Counted from the stretch's first letter, positions 1-11,549 are shown. The stretch: DNA of 64,000 nt from Camelus ferus (GCF_009834535.1 NC_045704.1:16864001-16928000); one strand, 5' to 3'. The notes: generated by a model not told the origin, from the letters alone. Translations and numbers: made by a program.

Positions 1-3000
1 ACTGGACCTTATGTGTGTGAAACCCAGAACCCAGTGAGTGCCGGCCGCAGTGACCCATTCACCCTGAATTTCCTCTGTGAGTAATCTCTGTTTCTATGTG
101 GCCCAGGTAGCCTGCCCGAATCTACACAGCCAGAGGCCAGGCCACACCCACTCCCCTCAGGTCCAAGTACATGGACCCTCACCCGTGGATACCAGGCTGG
201 CCATGACTTCCTGGCCCAGGCAAATCTGGGCAGGCCTAGCCTTGAGTCAAGACTGGGAGGGAACAGCTGCTCCTGTCTTGAGAGGCTCAGGATCACCATC
301 CTGTGATGGGAGAATCAGGTTAATGTCTCAGACTCAGGGTGAGTGAACATGAGGGGTCTGGTTGGGACTTTTTAAGACAAGGTTGTGACCCAGCTCAGAG
401 GGACACTTTGGCCCTAACACAAACCAGGATCCTTCCCTTCCCTCTGATTGCATCACCCATGGTTTTATGCACTTTGCTGCAAGTGGCAGGGACACCCTGT
501 CATTTCCCCCTCAGACTCCTATTAACATCCAGAGGCAAACCTCAGCCTCTCCTGCCACAAGCTTCTATCCCAGCCACTAATGATCTTGCTTTATCAACGG
601 GAGACCCCAGCAATCCACACAGGAGCTCTGTACCCCCGCATCATGCCACACAATAGCAAATCCTATATTCTGTGACTGGCCTGGATAGCACCACTTATGA
701 AAAGTCAGTCTCTGGCAAGTGGTCCCTGGACTACTTGGACTGACCTTGGGTGGAGATCTCTCTGATTTTCTAAAAGTACCCTGAAATTAGTTATGTACCA
801 AGCTGTGTGCCACAGGACAGTGGCCAAAAAGTATAATTTATAGGAGGATTAAGTGTACAGTCTTTTGTTAAAACCATAACCACTGCTCTCTAGAGACATC
901 TTTCACTGTGATATTCAATCCACAGACCTGGAATAAGAGATTTCTTCAGATTAAGAAATCATTTAGTTGGAAATTCTCCAGGTCCTAAGGTCATGAAAAC
1001 TAACTGGACCATCTTCATTTTCTACTAAGTTACTTCGCAAAAAGGAACACTTTCCCTAATAATGTAAAGCTGTTCTGGCCCGATACGTGGAGCGCCTGCC
1101 TCCCTGACATACACAGATGTGTATATACACTAGATGAGAGGGGCTGGCATTATGAAGTCACAGAAGACCTTAGGAAAGGGTCACATGGAGGCGTGAGGGA
1201 AAATTTCTACCTGATGATGAGGTTCCTGGGCACATGGGCTGAAAAGGGGTTCCCGGTGCTGATAGTACAGAGATGTCTAGGGGGACCAGGCAAGGGTCAC
1301 CCTGAGGTGATCTGGAGGTCAGAGGGGATGTGTAATCATCTTTCAGATTGTCACCTGAATGAAGACTCAGGGCCTTCTTCATAGGTTCAGGCCGTCCTTT
1401 GGGTCACCTTTACAGAATTGACTGGATCCCAGGAGTGGCTGAGATCTCTCGGGAAGGAGCTCAGCCCCAGGCCACAAATCCTCTCTCAGCCAGTCACCTC
1501 CTCTGTTTCTCCACAAGCCCAGTGGACAGCCCTCCATCCAAGCCAGCAACACCACTGTCACAGAACATGGGAATACCATGTTCTTGACCTGTCTTACAAA
1601 TGACACTGGGATCTCCATCTCCTGGCTCTTCAATGGCCAGAGTCTGTTGCTCACAGAGAGGATGAAGCTGTCCCAGGGCAACAGCACCCTCACCATACAC
1701 CCTGTCAGGAGGGAGGATGCCGGGAATTATCAGTGCCAGGTCTCCAACCTGGGCTATTCCAGCAAGAGTGACGTCCTCAGCCTGGATGTGACCTGTGAGT
1801 GACCCTCATCACCTCCTATAAGTTATTAAAGTCTAAATCTCCTTTTTCTAGGGGGAGGGTATAGCTCAAGTGGTAGAGCATATGCTTAGCATACATGAGG
1901 TCCTGGGTTCAATCTCCGGTACCACCTCTATAAATAATTAAGTAGGCCTAATTATCTCCCCTTCCACAAAAATAAGTAAATAAATCTCCTTTTTCTTATG
2001 TGTACAATAGTGTTTATGATGCACTTTATAGAACTGTTGTGAAGAGACAGTCAAGTGAAGGTGGAAAGCATGTAGCAGACATGTATTCAGGCAGTAAGCA
2101 TTCAGTATGTTACTTGGCTTTGTCATTATTATTGGCTTACTGTCACATTCAACTCCAGATCCCACCACTTGTCTTCCTCACTTGCACCGTCATCTCTGCA
2201 GGGGAAGTGACACCACTTCCTCACAGGGATAGGCGGTGGTTGTTTGCAATGAGAAGTGAGAACACTGAGTACTATGCCCTGCACAAGATCAGTTCTCAGG
2301 ATGGTGTGTTCTGTATCCATCTATTAGATCTCATTGGTTTACGGTGTTTTCACATCTTCTATTTCCTGTATTCAAATTCTGTCTTGCTATTCTATCCAAA
2401 TAGGGTGTTGAAGTCTCACTCTTATGATAGAGCTGTCTATTTCTCCCTTCAGTTCTGTCAATTTTTGCTTCACAACTTTGGTGCTCTGTTGTTAGGTGCA
2501 TATATTCTTATAATTGTTATATTTCCTTGATGAATAGAAACTTTTCTTGATATAGAAGGCCCTACTTTGTCTCTGATCATCTTTTTTGACTTAGATATAA
2601 TTTTATCAGATATGCATATAGCCACCCTAGCTCTCCTTTTGTTGTGTGGAATATTTTTTTCCATCCTTACTTCCATCTTCTGTGTCTTTGTACCTAAAAT
2701 GAGTCTCTTAAAGAAAGCATAGGGATGGGTCATAATTTTTATCCATTCTATCTTTAATTTGAAGATTCAATCCATTTACAATCCAAATACTTACTGATAA
2801 GGAGGGATTTCTGCCATTTAGCTATTTGTTATCTGTATGTCCTATGTGATTTTTATTCCTCTGTTCTTCCATTACTTACTTTTCTGCTATTTAGCTGATT
2901 TGTTTTTGTTATTTGCCATTTTGATTTCCTTCTTTCCTTTCCCATATTTATTCTAGTTTTTTTCTTGGTGGTGACTTGGAGCTGACAATTAGCATCTGAA

Positions 3001-6000
3001 ATGCTTAACTACCTAGTTGAAATAATACCAAATGAGATTCTGTAATATACAAACACTGTATATTACATCTGCATTCCTCCCATTTTAGACAGTTAGGGAT
3101 CATAAGTTTCATTCATACTTATACATTATGTGCCCATTACCATAGATTTATAAATGTTGCTTATGAAATGCCTTTGAAATAAAAAAGAAAAAGAACAATT
3201 ACAAGGAAGAGGCAATAATAATGGCTTAAATAATATATTTACCTATGGAATTGCTTTACCAGTGTTCTTTATTTCTTCCCATGGCTTTGAGTTACTGCTT
3301 AATGTCCTTTCATATCAGCTTAAAGGATTCCTTTTACATTTCATATATGGCACATATCTGAGTAACAGACTCCTTTGCCTATTGTTTATCTGGAAATGTC
3401 TTATATTACTCCTTCATTCTTGAAGGGGAGTTTTTCTGTATATAGCTTTCCTAGCTGACAGTCTTTCTTTTAGGATTTTAAGTAGGTCATCTCTGTGCCT
3501 TCTGGCCTCTATGGTCTCTGATGAGAAATTGGCTTTTAGTCTTACTGAAGATCCATTGTACATGATAAATCATTCCTCTCTTGCTGCTTTAATCATCTCC
3601 TTCTTTCCTTGGCCTTTCACATTTTGATTATAATGTGTCACAGTGTGTACATCTTTAAGTTATTCTTCTTAGCATTCTTTAACATTCTTTGATGTGTTGA
3701 TTCATAATTTTCAATTTTGAACATTGAAAACTTGAATGCATTATTGGCATGTTTGTCCACTTGAATGGAGTTCTGCATATTCCTATGGCTAGGTTCACTT
3801 TTCTTCATTTTTTTCCCCTTCTACTCCCCAGTCTGGATAATTTCATTTTTCCTATCTTCATATTCAATGAGCCTTTCTTCTATCTGCTCAAATGTGCAGT
3901 TGAACCCATCAGGTAAACTATTAATTTCAATTCTGACACTTCAGCTCCAGGTTTTCCTCAATCCTGAGTAAATCATTTAACAAAGAGTAAGAACATTTCC
4001 TTCTTGAGAAGGAGGTTCTCCTCAGACAGGCCCAATATGGGGATAGCCATCCTCCCACCTTAAGGACACGTTTTAGTCATGGGCACTGATTGTAACATGA
4101 TCTGGGTCAATCTCAGACAAGTACATTTGGAGTAGGAAAACAGGACAGAGAGGAAAGCAGTTGTGGACACTGTGGAGGAAGGTGATGGCTTATCTCAAGG
4201 AGCTGTCAGATGGCATCAGTCAAGGGACTGGCCTTGTCCACAAGGCTGGCATACACTCTTCCCCTTCTACATGACCAGGAACCAGACAGAGATCACCCTC
4301 TTCAGTAGTCAAGCCCTTCCCCTCAGAACTCCCCTGAGAGCCCTCCAGCCTGGACCCAAACTGGCCCAGTGATACAGTGCTTGATCAATCAGTGACCAGG
4401 AGTTTATGGCTCTCTGAGAGGATGAAGCTGTCCCGAGACCATCAGCAGTATTAGGAGGGAGGATTCAGGGTCTTACCAGTGTGAAGTCTCCCCCAGGTCA
4501 ATGTCTGCAGTTATGACCCCATCTGCCAGCTGAGTGCTGTGAGTGACCTTCACCATCTTTACTGCTTCTCTCGTAATTTCACTGGAAGTGGATGTGTAAT
4601 AAATGCAAGTAATGAAAACGTGGGTAGTCTCCATTTAGAGCCTCTAGAACGTGCTTAATTGAGCATGGGAAACCTGGATAATGCTGTCATTGTTTGGTTA
4701 TTCTTTGTACCAACTGTTTGACTATGGGCAAGACACTCGACCTCCTGAGCCTCAGTTTTCTCATCTGTAAAACCAGAATAGAACAGCTGGATCTTAGAGC
4801 TATTGTAAGGATATTTCTAGGAAGTTAATGAGATTAAAGCCTAGACAGGGTCCTACACAGTCAGGGCTCAAGTAATGTTTTATTTTTTGTTTGTTTGTTT
4901 GGGGTTTTGGGGTTGTTGGTTTTTTGTTTGTTTGTTTGTTTAGATTTGGCCATCTTTCATTAGTTACCTTAAAGTTCAAACATAAAACAAGGAAGAATGT
5001 AAGCCTATTTAAAAATACAAATACTCTAAGCAATAGTTTAAATTATTTGGCCCGCAAAACTATTGCTTAAGAAATCAAGTTCATGGGAGTGGTTATAGCT
5101 CAGTGGTATAGCATGCAGGAGGTTCTGGGTTCAATCCCTAGCGCCTCCACTAAAATAAGTAAATAATTTTAATAAAAACAGAAATCAGGTTCAGCTTAAT
5201 TGTAAGTAAATGTAATTATGTCCGAGGCTGGGATATTTGACTCTTCTTTTGGCTGCAGGTTATACTTCTGTGGCTGGAAAAAACGTTCTTCAATAGCACT
5301 GACTAATTCATTTAGTTCTTTCTTCAGCCCCTTGGGATCACTGTTTCTGGGGGACCACACGGTTCCAAATAATATGATTTTGGGCTCTGTCTCACTGGTC
5401 CAAATGGTGGCCACGCCTCCACTAGCAAAGGTAAAGGTGATCATTTGGCTGCTTTTACTAGTGGGAGAGCCCAGGGGACATAAAAGCTGGTGGCAGAAGT
5501 CTGGGGAGAATTCAGCCGCATGAACTTTCCTGGAGGCTGACATCTTGCCTGGGTCATTGGCACCAAGACCTGGCCCCACCCAACAGCCTGTAGGCTTAAG
5601 TCAAGTAATGTTTTCAACGAGTATTATTTTGTTTCTTAACATTCTTGTTATTAGCTGTAAAGTCAAGCAGAACTTGATTAAAAATTTTTTATCACTTCCC
5701 AGTTCTATGACCTACATTGGTTGATTTAAGCACTGTGGGTCTATGTGTGCACACCGGGGATGATCCCGCTCCTTCACGGGGGTGGAAGGATCAGAGCAGA
5801 TGAATGTGCTTGGCACACAGAAGGCAACTGGAAACAGTCAGCTAATATTATTATTACTGATAAGCATTGAGAGGACTGGTAAGGGCCTGCCCTCTAAGAT
5901 CATCGAGAGTGATGGGAAAGAAGATACAGAGAGAAGGGACATGATGTGAGAGAAGAAGAGACTTTAAACGGCAACTGAACAAGACGTGGAACTCACTTCA

Positions 6001-8546
6001 TGTGGGAGAACGAAGAGATAGATCAAGTCCAAGATTTCAAGTGTGAGGAAGAGAAAATGATGCAATGCCCTGCGGTGAGAAAGTCTGGAAGAAATTGTGA
6101 TGGCAAAACACACGCTGCACACAGACCTCAGTTGCATTTCCTTCCTCCCTCACCGGGCCCTCTCCCCCAGAAGGTTTCTCTTGGTTTTCCCTCCAACAGA
6201 GTCAGGACTCCACTTCCCCTCACTCTCTCTCTCTCCTCCTTTTAGGGCAAGAAATCACCCCAGCTCTCAGCACGGGGGCCATTGTTGGCATCGTGGTTGG
6301 GATCCTGGTTGCAGTGGTACTGGTGGCTGCCCTGGGGTGTTTCTATTTCCTTGCAAGGATTAAAAGGTACAATGGCATTTCCCAGATGCCACTTCTGTTC
6401 CCCAGTCTGACCCTAGTTGAGGAGGAAGGACACCCAATCCTCAGATTCTGAGCCTTACTCTCCACGGCCTCCTAACTTCCCTGTGGATATTCCCTGTCAT
6501 CCACTCACTCCTCCCCACCAGATGCTGACCTGGGACGTCTTCTCAACACCTTCCTCATCTATAAATTAGGCTCAGTGAAGGCCCCGCCTGCTCAGTGTTG
6601 TCCTGGAGCAGACATGCAGCTGTGTGGCAGAGAGTAAATACTCAGTAAACGGGACCTCTTGCTGTTTAATTAAATACAACCACCCTGATGAAAGGGATTC
6701 ACAGCATCAGGACTTGAGGGTCATCCTGGCCAAGGTCACACAGCAGGGAGTGGAGCCTGGACAGACTGGGGCGGGGGGGGCGGTCAAATGTCCCCATGTG
6801 GCAGATGTGTTAACCATAGCCCCTGACATGTGAGATAGAAAAACGTGCCAGGACAGCAGATCGTGGGATAGTCCTTTACACCTCATTCCCAGGCAGACAG
6901 AGGTGGAGGTCAAGGCCATGGCCACATTTTAGCATCCCCTGGTCTGAAGGAAGGTGGTCAGAGCAGCGGCACTGCACTCAGAGAGATCCAAGAGGCACTA
7001 GCTCCCCACTTGGCCCTGCTCTCCTTTGTGGGCCTTACCCTCCCACTTAGTCAAAGCCTTTGGTCTAATTCCTTATTTGATCCTTTGTCCCTTCTCTGGC
7101 CACTTTCTCCTGGACCTGCTTTGGCCTGTGGGTCCTTCCCCTCTGGGACCAGGACAGGTGTGGCTTCTTACGGATTTTCCTCAGTTCCCCTCTATTGGGC
7201 CCTCCTCTTCTAAGCAGCACTGGTGGAGAAAGGAGGTTCCCCCACTCCCTGCTTGGAAAAGGGACCTTCCTTGTCCCATGTTCTGACCCCAGAGCTGTGC
7301 CCTCTCCCTGCACTGCTCACAAAGAAGCCTGATCTTTCCTAGCCATAGTTGCCTGCAGAACAACAGAGTGCGCTGCCCCCCAGCGTCCACCCCTGGTGAG
7401 TATCTGTTCACCCTGGGAGTGGCCGGTCCTGCCCCATGGTGTCCACCGCTGCCAGTCACCCCCAGGGCCTCTGACCCTTCCCCTGGGGCTTCAGCGCGGG
7501 GCACCCCGATTGGCTATTCAGCCTGACCTATGCCTTCTGAGTCATGGGTCATCTCCTTGCCCTCAATGGACCCTAAAATTGCAGAGGGTCTCTCCCTGGG
7601 TGGTGCTCTTTCTCTCCTGGTTTTCTGGGAGCTGGACCCCCAGCCTCTGCTGGCTGGGTGGGTCTAAGTTTCCTCACCCCTGGGTGCTAACTCCTGTCTC
7701 TGTTCCCAGGACATGGTCCCTCTGGCAGCTCTGTCTCTCTGGTAAGTACATCCCTTCCGTGTCTCTTCACCCCAGGGTCCCAGCTGCACAGACTGAGGGC
7801 AGGAGGACTGTCCAACCCTGCAGCACAGCACAGATACCCCTCACCCTGGAGTAGCCAGGACAAGACAAACCCACCCTGGCCAGGACCTGGGCCCACTTCA
7901 GGGGCAGGACCACCCACCACCCTGTCCTGAGGTTGCACTGGTCCCCTGTTGGCCTCAGGAGAACCCTGGAGTCCAGCTAGAAGCACAGTGGGCATGGGGA
8001 TCCTCTGGCAGGGGTCCCAGGATAAGGACGGGGGATACAGCCCAGGTGGGGCTGGTGGTGGGGGCTTCAGGCTTGGAGACAGCTCCTCGGGAGGCAGAGC
8101 TGGTCACTCCTGAGGAGAAATGACTCTCCTTCCCTGTCCTGCTCTCTCCCTTGCCCAGGCTTCCCAATCTGACCCTAAGCCAGCTGTTCCCATCTACCAG
8201 GTGAGTGTGGGGATGAATGTTCTGGTCCCACGGACCCAAGGGGCCCAAGGAAATGCCCCCTGGTTGTGTTTGGAGGTCCAGGAAACAGCAGCAGAAATGG
8301 AAAAGGGATGAAGAGGAGGGAGGGGTCTGGGGCAAGAGAACCTCCAGCACAACTAGGCCCCCGGCAGAGCAGCCCTGGGGGCCCAGGGCCTGGGAACTCC
8401 TAGGTCATGTTCTGAGAAGGTTGCATGAGCTCAGAAGCCTCTTCTTTCTTTTACAGGAACTACTACACTCTGACAGAGACATTTACTGTGGGCTCAATCA
8501 CAAAGCAGATGTGGTTTCCTCATCTCTTCCTAGAAATGCTTCTTAA
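1..8546 (+). CDS. 3' part of a CEACAM family ITAM-bearing transmembrane receptor at the CEACAM3 syntenic position; leader and N domain lie upstream of the window
   Basis: IgC A-type exon end 1-76 (TGPYVCETQNPVSAGRSDPFTLNFL, donor GTGAGT at 77). TM exon 6246-6366 (QEITPALSTGAIVGIVVGILVAVVLVAALGCFYFLARIK). Cytoplasmic exons 7343-7395 (53 nt), 7710-7741 (32 nt), 8159-8200 (42 nt) and 8457-8546 (stop TAA). All have AG/GT ends and stay in frame; the 53- and 32-nt sizes match the CEACAM3-type tail as I recall it. AATAAA at 8835-8840. The A2 exon (about 1518-1794) is of uncertain use. Exact paralog name not assignable. Confidence 0.88.
483..714 (+). pseudogene. Degenerate CEACAM IgC B-domain pseudo-exon
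   Basis: Recognisable B-domain motifs in pieces (DT..ISPSDSY, ANLSLSCH, INGRPQQSTQEL, SVTGL). It has a frameshift near 497-502, an in-frame TAA at 523-525, internal deletions, and donor GCAAGT at 715 instead of GTAAGT. Confidence 0.8.
1518..1794 (+). other. CEACAM A2-type IgC exon; open frame but degenerate 5' end
   Basis: QPSIQASNTTVTEHGNTMFLTCLTNDTGISISWLFNGQSLLLTERMKLSQGNSTLTIHPVRREDAGNYQCQVSNLGYSSKSDVLSLDVT, with both Cys and the Trp intact and donor GTGAGT at 1795. The obvious acceptor AG (1516-1517) gives phase 0, whereas the upstream exon ends in phase 1. Confidence 0.8.
1850..1980 (+). mobile_element. tRNA-derived SINE (camelid type)
   Basis: A box TAGCTCAAGTGGTAGA, B box GGGTTCAATCTCC, A-rich tail. 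Perfect 16-bp TSD TAAATCTCCTTTTTCT at 1834-1849 and 1981-1996. Confidence 0.92.
2330..3980 (-). mobile_element. Old LINE-1 fragment including the ORF2 endonuclease region; boundaries approximate
   Basis: Minus ORF 2470-2733 contains RVAICISDKI...IRDKVG...SIHQGNITIIRIYAPNNRAPK, matching the L1 ORF2 APE domain. Surrounded by T-rich antisense L1-like sequence. Confidence 0.85.
4400..4544 (+). pseudogene. Second, heavily decayed CEACAM A2-like exon relic
   Basis: CTCTCTGAGAGGATGAAGCTGTCCC and AGGAGGGAGGATTCAGGG...TACCAGTGTGAAGTCTCC closely match the A2 exon at about 1650-1745. It ends in GTGAGTGACC, like the A2 donor at 1795-1804. No open frame. Confidence 0.7.
4882..5600 (-). pseudogene. 5'-truncated processed pseudogene of PGM2 (phosphoglucomutase 2 C-terminus plus start of the 3'UTR)
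   Basis: Minus translation PTSKSSQMITFTFASGGVAT...TSETEPKI...NSDPKGLKKELNELVSAIEERFFQPQKYNLQPK (about 5465-5244) matches the PGM2 C-terminus. The parental stop appears mutated. A decayed poly(A) tail appears as (TTTG)n/T-rich sequence at 4882-4940. 14-bp TSD TCAAGTAATGTTTT at 4868-4881 and 5601-5614. Confidence 0.9.
5084..5179 (+). mobile_element. tRNA-derived SINE with internal deletion, nested in the PGM2 retrocopy
   Basis: TATAGCTCAGTGGTA...GGGTTCAATCCC plus A-rich tail. TSD AGAAATCA(A/G)GTTCA at 5070-5083 and 5180-5193. Confidence 0.88.
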
Positions 8547-10009
8547 GGGCGGCAGAGAGGGACCCTGCTGAGACCCCAGACTCCAGGTAGGATCAGGAGG
8601 TAGAGCCTAAGCCAGATAACCAGCTCTGAGCCTGGAGGATATTTCGGGAACCTGGGCCCAGGGTCAGGGTCCCTCCTGGAATTTGGAGACCCCACAGGCT
8701 GCCCTGAGCCCTGGATGGACCAAGACTCAATCTCCCATCCCCCCCGGAAGTGGGTGCTTCCCAGGTTAGTGAGGAAGTTAGTGTTAGTGAGAAGTTAGTG
8801 GCCTGCAACCCACTGGGGCCCCCTGAGAGATCTGAATAAAGAGCTCCTTCTCATTTGCCCTTTTCCTGCCCATGGGATCTTGTCTGGGCAGAAATTCACC
8901 TGAAACTCTGCTCCATTCTCTCCTGGGTCCCACAGTGAAAGTATTAGCTCTAAGTTACCCCACATCCCTATCTATTCCCTGGAAAAGAGTTTGGGGTGAG
9001 TGTGTAGAGATGGGGTGGGACCGTACTAACAGGAGAGGGAGGATCCCAAGAGCCCCTGCCCAGCCAGGAGGGCTCTCAGCTGTCCTCACACTGGCCTGGG
9101 GTCATGAACACCTCCCAGTGTTTGCTCATTGGCAAATGCTCCTTGAGTCTCTGAAACACAGAATGTGGAGCCATCTGAGGGCCACTAGAACAGAAGCCAG
9201 GAAGGAGCAGCCATGGGCTGGGCAGATATGATTGGTGAGGCCCCTTTGCAGCCTCTTGGTGTCCTGAACACATTGGCCCTCCTCACCACGCCCTGGTGGC
9301 CCCGACTGGTGGCTGCCTCAGATGAACTTGCCTGTCCCCAAATCCAAGATCTAAGATGCCTACTCTGTCCATGGCTTCTGTTGTGTCCCTAGGCCAACCC
9401 TCAGGACATCGTACCCTCTGGGGGAACACAGAAGTTATCAAAGTAACCAAGGTGGGTGGGACCCAGAATTCATGCCCTGAGCAAGACCCTCCAGGCACTT
9501 CCCGTGGCCTCTACCATCTACTTCCCATGGGTTTCCAATTTGCTCTCTGATGTGGATCTTAGTGAATTCAGCCTTCTCCCCACATGTGAGCCCACGACTT
9601 AGTGCGGGGCTCCTTCTACCTAAACTCACCCTGGCTCCCGTGGCAACGGGACAAACTGTCTCTTCCTTGAAGTGTCCCACAGGCCCTCTCCACCCAGGCC
9701 TTACCTGCAGCCCCCACCACACACCAGGGTCAGCATTTCTCAGTCCTTCCCTGAGGGCCCTGGGATAGGTGCTGTTCACTTGGATCAAGGTTCACTTGGA
9801 TCAGGTGCCCACAGTTGCACAAATAAAGTAAGTCTGCCCACTAAGGTGCAGAACCCACAGTTCACAAGAATGTTCTCTCAATGCCCAAGTATCATTTTTC
9901 GTAAGATGAGAGGAAAGGAAAAAACCTGCAAAGTTTCGCATCATGATTTAGATATAAATTACTGCTGACTCCACATGCACACAATCTTGGATTAGACAAA
10001 GTGACACCT

Positions 10010-10420
10010 CTTGTGGTTCCTCATTGCTGCTGTAACAAATTATCACAACATTAGTGGCATAACTCACATGAATCAGGGTGTCAGTATGGCTCTGTTCTTT
10101 CTGGAGACTCCAGGCTAGACTTTTGTTTCCTTGCCATTCAAGCTGTTAGAAGCTGCCTGCTTTCCTTGGCTTGTGGCCGCTTTCTCCACATTTAAAGTGC
10201 CAGCAGCAAAGCATCTTGAAATCTCTTGGTGCTCTGCTTCCATCATCACATCTCCTTCTCTGGCTCTGCCTCTCCTATCTCCCTCTTTCATTTATAAAGT
10301 GATTATATTGGGTCTAGCCAGATATCCACTGTAATCTCCCAATCACATGATCCTTAATTTAATCTATAGGTTTATTTTATCATGAGGCATATTCTTACAT
10401 TCTGGGAATGAATGTGGACA
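10010..10420 (-). mobile_element. MaLR (MLT1-type) solo LTR
   Basis: Starts ...CATTGCTGCTGTAACAAATTATCACAAC and contains TTCCTTGGCTTGTGGCC, typical of MLT1 LTRs in antisense orientation. Confidence 0.7.
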
Positions 10421-11549
10421 CCCTTGACGGAGCTTTGTTCTGTCTACCCCATCTCCCAAGGCCATGGTCATCATCTTTTCTCACTACAAACTGCTCATGG
10501 GCAGCCTGGACTTGGTCATCCTTCATGGAAGGTGTCACATCCTTCCATGAAGTCTACAGCACCCTCACTGCCCCCCAAAAAGGAGATGAGGCCAGTCCAC
10601 ACTCCCTGCAGCTCTCTTCACCTCTTCTTTTCTAGTGATGCTCATTTTTTTAGTAATGAAAAGAAAGCAGATGCAAATCAAAGATCACAACAGCCAAGCC
10701 CTTGGGTAGTTCACGTTCGTCAGCACCAAGGAGAGTGTCTCTGCTGTGCTCATCCCAGGGGCTGGAGCAAGGAGGACACAAGGAGAAGGGATGGCTGGAC
10801 ATGCTCCCCACCCCCACCCCCCATTTCTCTTCTTTCTATGAGAAAAATACAGTGAGGCAGAATGTTTAAAGGGATAATTTGACTTACTCTTATTTATTAA
10901 TTGTGAACCCTTTGCACCTGTCTGGATATTAACTTTTTGGTACATCCATTACAACTTCCCACATGGCTGAAGGCTGCACCCAGAGTGTGGCCCTGGGGAA
11001 GCCGAGAGCTTACACAGGCCTCCCAGGGAATCTCCCCACCCCTGAGTGTCAGGAAACTGTCTTACCTACAATATGGAGGGACCGTTTCATGATTAACACC
11101 TGACCCTCAGTGCCTGACCTTAGAAACATACCTATCACCCAGCCTGGAGCACCCACTGAGCACAGCCTCCTGTTCTGGAGCCCCAGCTGAGCTCCCCAGA
11201 CAGCAGGGCTGAGAAGAGCCTCTGGAAAACTCTCTCAGGCTGAGCCCCATACCTGGTGTCCTTCTCAGCAGAGCAAACCTTTTTCCCGAGAGACTAGTGG
11301 AACATGAAGACAAATCTCCCGGGTAAAACCTAACACCTGAGGGCTTCTCCATCTGCCTGTGACCCCCCCCCCCGCCAACGCCAGGTGAATGAAGAGGAAG
11401 ACTGGGGCCCTCACAGGCATCCCCTTCTCGCTCATTCCCAATCACATCCCACCCACAAAACCAATGCTGACACTCCAGACTCAGCCCTACCCCTCCCAGT
11501 GGCTCGGGCCCCGTTCGTCCCCTTGTGGTATCTAGTGTAAGGGTCACCT

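Noticed and set aside
1850-1930. tRNA-like sequences with A and B boxes (also at 5084, 12351, 15000 and 58604)
   Set aside because: They have A-rich tails and TSDs and lack a proper acceptor stem, so they are SINEs rather than tRNA genes.
2000-2530. 176-aa plus-strand ORF
   Set aside because: It spans MIR-like and antisense L1 sequence, with no protein family resemblance or splice context.
9774-9803. 14-bp tandem duplication GTTCACTTGGATCA
   Set aside because: Two copies only, ordinary slippage, no functional context.
10870-11260. Several strong minus-strand donor-like sites (GTAAGT, GTAAGA, GTATGT, GTATGG)
   Set aside because: I could not link them to acceptors in a coherent frame or to any protein family.
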